Assembly (NCBI RefSeq): GCF_009914755.1
Contig: NC_060942.1
Strand: one strand, 5' to 3'
DNA from: the human T2T-CHM13v2.0 reference genome, Homo sapiens
Length of the DNA stretch: 64,000 nucleotides
Part shown: positions 1-10,835 of the stretch, one piece after another
Numbering within the stretch: the first letter of the stretch is position 1
Layout: every line of letters starts with the position of its first letter
Translations under genes and position numbers: made by a program
The notes under the pieces: generated by a model
Told to the model about the DNA's origin: nothing
The model's input: the letters and a program-made list of their open reading frames with translations, nothing else
The model's database searches: none

Positions 1-765
1 AGGCTGTGAAGGAAGAAGAAGAAAAGGGATTGGTCTTGCTATCTCAGGGATGAAAGTGGTGGAGGGAGAAAGGCAGGCAAGAGAGGCAGACACACTGTGT
101 AACTTTACAGAAATACATCATAATTTCTGTGTGAGTTTTTTGCTTTTTCATTTCTCTAAAAACGCTCCCAAACATTACCAGTTCTTCTTTCACCATTTGC
201 TTTAGATTCAGTGCCCATATCATAGAAGGATCCATATCATAAAATAAGTCAAAAGCAGTCTTGAGTAATTAAAAAGCTTATGTCAGATTGTCTAGTGTCG
301 GTTTGTTTTCTGGCACTGCAATTTTTATGTCTTCTATATCATCTGGCACAGGTACAGAAGCATTCATTTCCATCAAGTCGTCTTCTGTTCATTCCTCTGA
401 TGTGGTGTCTGTTAGCTCTTCAATTTCTCCAAGATCCATATCTTGAAATCCTTCACACATCCCCACCTTTTTGCCATATCTACAATTTCTTTCATGATTT
501 CCTTGATTGGCTCTGTCATAAATCCTGTGAAGTCATGAACAACAACTGGACATAGTTTTTTTAAGCAGTAATTTATTGTCTTGGGCTTGATAGTTTTCAT
601 GGCTTTTTCTATAACAACAATGGCATCTTCAATGGTGTAATTCTTCCAGACTTTCATGATGTTCTCTCTATCAGGGTTCTCTTCCATAGAGTGTGTAATG
701 AGCCTTAAAGGTCTTTATGATTCCTGATCTAGAGGCTGAATTAGAGATATTTTGTTTGGGGGTAG

Positions 766-1168
<403 letters not shown>

Positions 1169-1533
1169 TTACTAGAAAAGTACTTCCTGACATCAAGGAC
1201 AAAGCATCAATGGAACCAATCCAGAAAAAGAGTTCTCATTTTCCAAGGCTTCTTACTGTACAACCAAAAGATTGGCAGCTGGTGCTTATCTTTTCCTTCA
1301 AGGCTCAAGAGTTAGCAGCTTTATACATAAGGGCAGTTTTGATGATAAACTCAACTGCATTGTCACAAAATCGTAGTTAGCCTATCTTTCCTGCCTTAAA
1401 TCCTAGTGCTCACTTCTCTGCCTTACTAATTAATGTCCTTTGTGTGTGTTTCCCACACCCCCCAAAATACGATACTTTCGTGTGCATTAAAAACCTGTTC
1501 AGGCAAATATCCTTTCTCCTCAATGATTTTCTT

Positions 1534-1857
1534 TTTTTCATTTAAAAAAAATTTTAACTTTTATTTTAGGTTAAGTGGTACATGTACAGGTTTGTTATAT
1601 AGGTAAACTCGTGACTTAAGGTTTGGTGTATGGATTATTTTGTCATCCATGAACTAAGCATAGTACCCAACAGTTCGTTTTTTTTTTTTTTTTTTTTTTT
1701 TGAACCTTTCCCTCCTTCCATCCTTCACCCTCAGTGGGCCCCCATGTCTGCTGTATTCTCATTATTTAGCTCCCATTTATAAGTGACAACATGTGGTATT
1801 TGGTTTTCTGTTCCTGCAATAGTTTGCTAAGGATAATGACCTCCAGTTCCATTCATA
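1534..1857 (-). mobile_element. 5'-truncated L1 3' end (L1PA13-16-like) inserted in Tigger2
   Basis: T-rich tail, then GGTACATGTACAGGTTTGTTATATAGGTAAACTCGTG and TTTAGCTCCCATTTATAAGTGA. Degraded TSD TTCTCCTCA at about 1514 and 1858. Confidence 0.85.
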
Positions 1858-2190
1858 TTCTCCTCACTTTTTTAATGGCATCTGGGAAATTTGTCGGCTG
1901 TCTCTTGGTTGGCAAAAGCTGCCTCCCCTATTATCTTGACTCTTTTTTTTTTTTTTAAGCCAAATCTCTTTCTAAAATTATCAAACCGTCCTTTGCTGGT
2001 ATTGAGTTATCTAGCTTTAGATCCTTTATTTTGCTTTAAGCTATCGTATCACTTTGTTTTTTCTCAAATCATATTCCAGTCTATAGGTACACCTCTCTTA
2101 TAGCAATCCTGCCCCCACACAAAAGTTGCATTTTCAATATGAGATAAAAAGGTATTTCACAAAAAAGTGCAACGTTTTCTTACCTCCTGG

Positions 2191-2900
2191 TGAGAGGTGA
2201 CAGCGTGCTGGCAGTCCTCACAGCCCCCGCTCCCTCTCGGAGCCTCTTCTGCCTGGGCTCCCACTTTGGCGGCACTTGAGGAGCCCTTCAGTCCACCACT
2301 GCACTGTGGGAGCCCCTTTCTGGGCTGGCCAAGGCCGGAGCCCACTCCCTCAGCTTGCAGGGAGGTGTGGAGGGAGAGGCGCGAGCGGGAACCGGGGCTG
2401 CGTGCGGCGCTTGCGGGCCAGCTGGAGTTCCGGGTGGGCGTGGGCTTGGCGGGCCCCGCACTCGGAGCAGCCGGCCGGCCCTGCCGCCCCGGGCAATGAG
2501 GGACTTAGCACCCGGGCCAGCGGCTGCGGAGGGTATACTGGGTCCCCCAGCAGTGCCAGCCCACCGGCGCTGCGCTCTATTTCTCGCCGGGCCTTAGCTG
2601 CCTTCCCGCGGGGCAGGGCTTGGGATCTGCAGGCCGCCATGCCTGAGCCTCCCACCCCCTCCGTGGGCTCCTTTGCTGCCCGAGCCTCCTCGACGAGCGC
2701 CACCCCCTGCTCCACGGCGCCCAGTCCCATCGACCACCCAAGGGCTGAGGAGTGCAGGCGCATGCGCGGGACTGGCAGGCAGCTCCACCTGCAGCCCCGG
2801 TGCGGGATCCACTGGGTGAAGCCAGCTGGGCTCCTGAGTCCGGGTCCGCGGCTTCATTTTTGAAGTCAGCGAGACCAAGAACCCACCAATTCCGGACACA
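2191..2900 (+). mobile_element. LTR12C (HERV9) solo LTR with large internal deletion; CpG-rich
   Basis: Starts TGAGAGGTGACAGCGTGCTGGC and ends CCACCAATTCCGGACACA. Perfect 4-bp TSD CTGG (2187-2190, 2901-2904). Only 710 bp long. Confidence 0.92.
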
Positions 2901-3661
2901 CTGGCATAGCTGCAGCAACAATCTCATGCATTTCCTTCTCTTTTTTACAATGATCATTAGGCTAGATTCATTTATCATGAAATGATGAGTAACACAGCTG
3001 CAGACTTCAATCTATGTTACAGATCAAGCAATTCAAAATTTTCTTGTAATGTCATGTCTTTTCTCTGTTTCTTGGGGACATTTCCGACATCACTAGTGCC
3101 ACTTTGTATTCAATTCAATGCTTATAGTGTTGCGATAAACACAATGAGAAATACTCAAGAGCCACAAGTGATCACTTTTTACTGCAATTTGTAATTTACT
3201 GGTCTGGTCACAGGAAGATTGTTAGTGTCATGTGGCATTTTAAGAGGATACTCCTAATGCTTGTGATCATTGCAGTAACAACGGGGGTGGCTAAAAAACT
3301 ATTACAGTATGGTTAAATACCGCATCTTTACATTTGTTGGCCTTTCTCTCAACAGCAAATGGTGCCGTGACAGTCTGCAAACGTTTGTGAGTGTACATTT
3401 TGATAAATTTTAACTTTTTATAATAGATTTATATAAATTTATGGTAGTAAATAATAAAATAGACTAAGATTTACATATGTCTTATGCATTCATAACAGAC
3501 CTAACAGACGTTTTTCTCAATTTTTTAAAGTAATTCTAGGCTATGTGTTTCATCCATGAGTTTTTTCCAGTTGTCACAGATCTCCAAAAAATTTTTCAAT
3601 ATATTTATTGAAAAAAGTGTGTGTATAAGTGAACCTGTACCGTTCAAACCGATGTTATTCA

Positions 3662-5303
3662 TAAGAGCCTACCAACCAAAAAAGCTCAGGACCAGACAGA
3701 TTCACAGCTGAATTCTACCAGAGGTACAAAGAGGAGCTGGTACCATTCCTTCCGAAATTATTCCAAGCAATAGAAAACGAGGGACTCCTCCCTAATTCAT
3801 TTTATGAGGCCAGCATCATCCTGATACCAAAACCTGGCGAGACACAACAAAAAAGAAAAATTCATGCCAATTTCCCTGATGATCACTGATGCAAAAAACC
3901 TCAATAAAATACTGGCAAGCCAAATCCAGCAGCACCTCAAAAAGCTTATCCACCATGATCAAGTTAGCTTCATCCCTGGGATGCAAGACTGGTTCAACAT
4001 ATGCAAATCAATCAATGTAATCCATCACATAAACAGAAACAATGACAAAAACAACATGATTATCTCAATAGATGCAGAAAAGGCCTTCAATAAAATTCAA
4101 CACCCCTTCATGCTAAAAAACCCTCAATAAATTAGGTATTGATGGAACATATCTCAAAATAATAAGAGCCATTTATGACAAACCCACAACCAATATCATA
4201 CTGAATGGGCAAAAGCTGAAAGTATTCCCTTTGAAAACCAGCAGAAGACAAGGATGCCCTCTCTCACCACTCCTATTCAACACAGTATTGGAAGTTCTGG
4301 CCAGGGCAATCAGGCAAGAGAAAGAAATAAAGGGTATTCAAATAGGAAGAGAGGAAGTCAAGGAGAGGAAGTCAAATTGTCTCTGTTTGCAGATGACATG
4401 ATTGTATATTTAGAAAACCCCATAGTCTCAGCCCAAAATCTCCTTAAGCTAATAAGCAACTTCAGCAAAGTCTCAGGATACAAAATCAATATGCAAAAAT
4501 CACAAACATTCCTATTCACCAATAATAGACAAACAGAGAGCCAAATCATGAGTGAACTCCCATTCACAATTGCTACAAAAAGAATAAAATACCTAGGAAT
4601 ACAACTTACAAGGGATGTGAAGGACTTCTTCAAGGAGAACTACAAACCACTGCTCAAGGAAATAAGAAAGGACACAGTCAAATGGAAAAACATTCCATGT
4701 TCATGGATAGGAAGAAACAATATTGTGAAAATGGCCATACTGCCCAAAGTAATTTACAGATTCAATGCTATCCCCATCAAGCTACCATTGACTTTCTTCA
4801 CAGAATTAGAAAAAACTACTTTAAATTTTATACGGAACCAAAAAAGAGCACATAGAGCCAAGACAATCCTAAGCAAAAAGAACAAATCTGGAGGCATCAC
4901 ACTACCTGACTTCAAATTATACTACAAGGCTACAGTAACAAAAACAGCATGGTACTGGTACCAAAACAGATATATAGACTAATGGAACAGAATGGAGGCC
5001 TCAGAAATAACACCACACATCTACAACCATCTGATCTTTGACAAACCTGACAAAAGCAATGGGGAAAGGATTCCCTATTTAATAAATGGTGTTGGGAAAA
5101 CTGGCTAGCCATATGCAGAAAACCGAAACTTGACCCCTTCCTCATACCTTATACAAAAATTAACTCAAGATGGATTAAAGACTTAAACATAAGGCCTAAA
5201 GCCATAAAAACCCTAGAGGAAAACCTATGCAATACCATTCAGGACATAGGCATGGGCGAAAACTTCATGACTAAAACACCAAAAGCAATGGCAACAAAAG
5301 CCA
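3662..5303 (+). mobile_element. Internal L1PA ORF2 fragment (reverse transcriptase region), disrupted, no 3' UTR or poly(A)
   Basis: ORFs 3864-4130 and 4254-4982 translate to L1 ORF2 ([42 protein letters not shown]). Contains stops and frameshifts, including a 14-nt insertion from duplication of GAGAGGAAGTCAA at 4349-4375. Confidence 0.95.
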
Positions 5304-5400
5304 TGATGTCCACAAATGATCTTAACTTAGGTTTTTAGAAAATTTCCTCATCACCGTCTAGTTTCCTAAGGATGCAATACTATCTTGAAAGACGACTATT

Positions 5401-5712
5401 GGCCGGGCGCGGTGGCTCATGCCTGTTATCCCAGCACTTTGGGAGGCCGAGGTGGGTGGATCATGAGGTCAGGAGATCGAGACCTACCTGGCTAACATGG
5501 TGAAACCCCGTCTCTACTAAAAATACAAAAAATTAGCCAAGCGTGGTGGCAGGCACGTGTAGTCCCAGATACTTGGGAGGCTGAAGCAAGAGAATGGCGT
5601 GAACCCAGGAGGTGGAGCTTGCAGTGAGCCTAGATTGCGCCACTGCACTCCAGCCTGGGCGACAGAGTGAGACTCAGTCTCAAAAAAAAAAAAAAAAGAA
5701 AAAAGAAAGAAA
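5401..5712 (+). mobile_element. AluY
   Basis: Y-type GAGATCGAGACC, GAATGGCGTGAACC and GAGCTTGCAG. A/GAAA tail. Degraded TSD GAAAGACGACTATT / GAAAGATGACTGTC. Confidence 0.9.
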
Positions 5713-6122
5713 GAAAGATGACTGTCATATTGTCCTCCTTTACTTTACTGAACCCCAACCTTTCCTGAGCTAAGTATCATGTGCTAGGATTTTGAAGATT
5801 AACAAGACACAGTTTCTGCTCTTGAACAGTTCAGCATTCAAACTCTGCAGGACATAAAAGAAGGAAGATAGCTGTAAAAACTCAAGCAACTATTGACTGC
5901 AGAACTAAAAGCAGGCAAATGAAAATAGCCAGCAGGCAAAGCACTAACTAAAACACACTCACATTAAGGGACTTTCATAGTAACACATATGCAGTATGCA
6001 CATCTTGTAAATAACACCACAGGTAAACCAGAGAGAGGAGGCTTAAAGGCAAGAATTCAGAACTTCTAATAGCTATCTAATTTTTTTTGTAGCCACAGGC
6101 ACAAGAAATTATTTACATAGAG

Positions 6123-7523
6123 CTGTGGTTCTTAACGTGGTCCATAGACCCCTGGGGGTACCTGAAATCTCTTGAGGGGATCTTTGAAGTCAAAACTGTG
6201 TTTACAATGATTCAAAGATTTTATTTGCCTTTTCTACTGTATTGACATTTGTACTTAGGGTAGAAAAGCAATGGTCGGTAAAACTGGTGTTATCTTATTA
6301 AAAATCAAAGCAGCAGCACCAAGCTGAGCTACTAGTCATTGTATTCTCGAATGCTGATCTTTCACAAAAGATGCATTTCTCATTTAAAGAAATTGTCAGT
6401 CTCACTTTAAAAAGTCTTTAATGAAGCAATAAAAGTATTGATTTTATTAACTCTTAATTTTGAATACATATTTTTTAATATTCTGTGTGACAAAATGAAG
6501 AGCTCTCCTGCATACTGAAGTATAGCATTTGCCTTGAGGAAGAACATTTATGCAATTGTTTGAGTTGCAAGCTAAACTAGCCACTTTTTCATGGAACATG
6601 ATTTTACTTGAGAGAATGACTGACAGATATTCTTGGATATATGGTGAAAATATTCTTGGCAATGAAAAATGTAAAGCTGTAAATTCAACGAAAACAACTG
6701 ATTGTATCACCCATGATAAAATTTGAACTTTCCAGTGAAAAATCAAATTTTGAAAAACCTGTATACACCACCATGAACTTGACTTAAACACTTTCCTAAT
6801 GAGATTGGTAGTGTTACTAATGGACAATTTTTTTTATATTGTATGATGATATGTGGCCATTTAGAAGCTTTTTAAAAAATAATTCAATGTGGCAACATTT
6901 TCCAAACACTGATGCTTGGTAATAAAAAATCATACAACAGTAAAGAACTCATGGAAAATGAAATAACAATGGATTTTAATGTAACAGAGTATAAAAAGTT
7001 AATTAATATGAGTTCATATTCCATATTGCAGCTAATCTACAGGAAACTGCCACTTTCGGAGTTTTGGTGTAGTATTAAAAATGACATCCCAAATTATCTG
7101 AAATGGCTACTAAAATGGTTCTTCTTTTTCTAATTACACGTCAGTGTGAGTCTGGATTTTCTTCATACGCTTCCACCAGAGCAACATATTACAACAAACT
7201 GAATGCAGAAGCAGACATGAGAGTTTGGTTGTCATCTATTAAGCCAGATATTAAGATGATTTGCAAATATATTAATCAATGCCACTATTACTGACTTTTG
7301 TTTGTTTGGGATAATATACTTTTCATAAAATCGTAATTCATTTTAACATATAACACATTTATTATATTTAAATAAATTAATAAAGACTTAAAAATGTCTA
7401 CTTTTTTATTTCTAGTAAGGTAAATATCAATAGACATAATCCCTTGTAACTAAAATCTCTTTGGAGTACTCAATATTTTATGAGTGTAAAAGTTTCCCGA
7501 AGCAAAAGGTATGAGAATCACTA
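6123..7523 (+). mobile_element. Charlie1a-like hAT DNA transposon, near full length
   Basis: Degenerate terminal inverted repeats CTGTGGTTCTTAA / TGAGAATCACTA. The start matches the recalled Charlie1 consensus (GACCCCTGGGGGT...GTCAAAACT). ORF 7103-7294 (CESGFSSY...LNAEADMRVWLSSIKPDIK) resembles the hAT dimerisation region. Confidence 0.85.
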
Positions 7524-8684
7524 GTGTGAAGTATAAGACAATGACTGTTGGTAACATTTTTATTTCTCAATCACACTCTCTTAGGAAGACTTCAACAATC
7601 TTGGCCAAATGTCATGTTTGAACATGACAGGTCAAGGTTAAAATTACTGTGATAAATATCATCAAGGATCCCTCTGGAGCAGTGGTTGGGATTGCTAATG
7701 GACTTCTTGTAGATCCACAGGAAGTGACTCTCCCTTACTAGTAAGTCCCTCTGATAAACGCCATTTATTCTCTGAAGGCCAAAATACTTCCAGCACTGGA
7801 GCATAAAGTACCTTGATTTTGTGATACCCTAGGATGCAAAAACTATCTCAAGGGATGATTATAAAAACCTAAGTGTCAAATTTAATTTGCTTTAATTTTT
7901 TAAAAGATTATAAGCATTTAACTTATGATTGGCTTTTAGATGTGTGCATGTATGTGTGTGTGTATAAATACATATATGTGTATATCTATATATCTATCTA
8001 TATATATATACTATATTTGGTGTCTAAAATTTACTAGCTGAGGGGTATGGATATTAAAACATTAAAAGGCATCTCATGGCTTTAGGGAAATAGGTTATGA
8101 TATGAACTAATGTAATCATTATTGAAGTTCACCTGTTACACTTTTTCTTCAATTCTAGCCACTATATTCTTTTTTTTTTTTCTCTTCCTTCCCAGCAAGT
8201 TTCTAGCTCAGTACTCTTTTTGTAATTGACTCCCCCAGGCTCTGTCCATTTTTATTAAGAGCCAAAATGTCAGCTAGTTAGCCAAAAGATGTTCCTGAAC
8301 TCTGCATGGCACACTGCACATACATATTTAAAGTTATACATGCACAGAAGGGGTCTTGTGCAGAGCCAGGAGTAAGTCACAAGGAGCAGGAAAGCCTCTC
8401 TTCCCTTCATTCCCTGTAGATGCCAGAATTTCCTCTTAGAACAAAATCCCTTCAGTTTAAGGCTGAAAACTTCAGGGAAATCCAAATACCTACAAAGTGG
8501 AAATAGAACATTTGTACCTTATGTGAAGGAAGAAACCAGGATCTGCTTAGTTAGGTATCTGGAAGCAGAGGCTGCTGGAAGGCAGTGATTTCAAGGTGAT
8601 TCAGAAACAGAGGCTGTCCTGTGGAGGAGGAGAGCTGGAGAATTCAAGGGCTGGAGACACCACCATTAGCTTCTCCAGAAGCCC

Positions 8685-8925
8685 ATGTGGTGCAGCAGCA
8701 AGAGCACAAAGGTTGGTGCCAGCTAGACCTGAGTTTGAATCCCTGTTCCCCGACTCAGTTACCAGCTGGGTGACTGGAGGCAATCTACTTAATCTCATTG
8801 ACCATCAATTTCCTCATGTAGTAAATGAGGACAATCATATCCACCTTCCAGGGCTGAGTGAAGATTCAATGAGAGTGAGCATGTGACATCCCTAGAACAT
8901 AGTAGGTGTCCAGTAAGTGCCTATT
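8685..8925 (+). mobile_element. MIR SINE
   Basis: AGACCTGAGTTTGAATCCC, GCTGGGTGACTGGAGGCAA and TTTCCTCATGTAGTAAATGAGG resemble the MIR core. Confidence 0.75.
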
Positions 8926-9106
8926 TTCTTTTTTTATTTGAGAAGTTTGCACATACATTCTTACATTCAATACCTTTTGCGTGAGCAAATGAAACCATTT
9001 TTTCAGGAAACATCTGGGCATTTTCTAACCTTTCCCTTTGGAGTAGCTTACCTGTTTTAAAACTTTTTGTAGTATTTAACACAGACCACTATCAAAAAGC
9101 TTCCTT

Positions 9107-9138
9107 AACAACAACAACAACAATAACAACAACAAAAC
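9107..9138. repeat. (AAC)n microsatellite
   Basis: AACAACAACAACAACAATAACAACAAC read directly. Confidence 0.85.
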
Positions 9139-10621
9139 ATTCAAAGAATAAGAGTGTTCATTCTATTCTTCTGGTCTCCACGGTCAGTTGTGTCTTCTAG
9201 AAATTCCAAGAAGTTAGTGAGGCTTGACCTTCCTCTTTTTTTTTTTCTTCTCTTTTTGTAAAGCATGCCAGCAATCTTTAATCATGCTGTGATTTTCTAC
9301 ATGCCACCCAGGTTAGCTTCTGAAATAGTCAAACAAAGATTTAACCCACAGACACATAAATATCTAATCTACACTTTCCAGAGAGTCCTCAGAAGCATGT
9401 AACTATTATTATTCTTAGTATATAGGTTGTTTTTATTTTTTTATTTTTATATTCATTACTGGAAAGAAACATTTCCTCCTATTATAGATTTTAATAAAAA
9501 TTCAGGTGTTATTACAGTATTTTTTTCTGGTGCTTACTCTTTCTTGGTGTAATTCACATGCAAAGCATTTCATAACTTTTTTTTCTTTTAAAAGAAGAAA
9601 AGTAAAAAGGATAGAGTTAATCTACTAGTTGCTTCACAGGTCACCTAGTTTTCAGCTGATAAGAACTAATTTGATCAATAGAGTTTACCTCTTGAAAATG
9701 AGAAGCTTTAGAAAGAAAGATTAGTAAAGGAGAAAATATGCTAAAAGGGATTAAGACCAAGACTATCAAATGCTCTCAATATTAATAGTGATGACACTGT
9801 TCACCTATCTTACTAAATGTTGAAGATGAGCTATGCAGTCACTGTGATGGAAGATGAGGATAGTTAAGAGAGTTAGAGTCTGAGACAAATGCAAATGGAC
9901 ACAGCCAGGACGAAAACATTCGACAAGAAACAGCCAAAAAATCCAGAGGAAGGAATTTCACCTGCAATACAAGTAGAACTTAGAAAAGTAAAGCACACAT
10001 CAGATTTTTTTTTTAATTCAGTGAACATTTGTTACCCTACCTGCTTTGATGTGGCCATGATGATACGATACCTGGAGGGATGTTGAAGAAAGGCAAGGAC
10101 ACAGTTCAAAGGAACGGTCTCAGGATGATAGTATGGTAAATTGAGCTGATGAATAAATATCATAATTCCAGAGATGTACAGGAAGTAAGCAGTGGCAAAA
10201 GTATCACTTAAATAATTTTGAATTGTTTTCTATCCTTCATTGGCAAATAAATCAAGATCCTTTTACCTAACCCAATGAGATTTCCAACAGGAAGCTTCTT
10301 ACTGTTAAGACCCAGAGATTGTCCGTGCGTTTGCATTACATACTCCTTCATTACTGAGCAATGGTCAGAGGAAAATGCTGGAGCTACTTTTTGGAGTGAA
10401 TTGAAGCACATGATACGAGATGAGACAAAAATACCATGGTATCAATGATTATGGCATAACCAACTGGACTAGGTGCCTGATGTGGTCGGCCTTTCTGCAT
10501 TTCCTTCTTCCTTAGATTTCTGCTTTACAGATTTACTTTCATTCTTTTCAGATCTCCAGTGCATGCAGTGGAAAACCTTCTTAAGCATTCCTCTCTCTGT
10601 TTTTTTTTTTTCTCTGAATAG

Positions 10622-10835
10622 GTTGCACGCTTCCTTCACCCTGTGAGAAATAGATCTGGCACCTTTGAGGCAGGTTACTCAAAGTATAGTGGGAATGTCT
10701 TTTGTTATTTGTTGAACTTCATACAAAGGTCCTCCTTCATCATACCCAATGTGCTGTTTGCAAAATGCACTGCAAATAACCATCCATCACTTTACATCAT
10801 TGTCACATTTTACCACTTTGTTTCTTCTCCTCCAG
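10622..10835 (+). other. Candidate 214-nt spliced exon, probably non-coding
   Basis: A long pyrimidine tract with ctgaatag|G acceptor at 10621/10622 and a consensus CAG|GTAAGT donor at 10835/10836. Motif evidence only. Confidence 0.4.

Noticed and set aside
2197-2978. Cluster of 100-195 aa overlapping ORFs
   Set aside because: They arise from GC-rich, stop-poor LTR12C sequence and are open on both strands, with no protein-like signal.
4254-4982. 242-aa ORF with a reverse transcriptase FADD motif
   Set aside because: Fragment of a dead L1 ORF2. Its N-terminus is out of frame because of a 14-nt insertion, and stops flank it.
9788-9883. GTGATGA...CTGA spaced like a C/D box snoRNA
   Set aside because: No terminal stem and no recognisable rRNA/snRNA guide. 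These short boxes occur often by chance.
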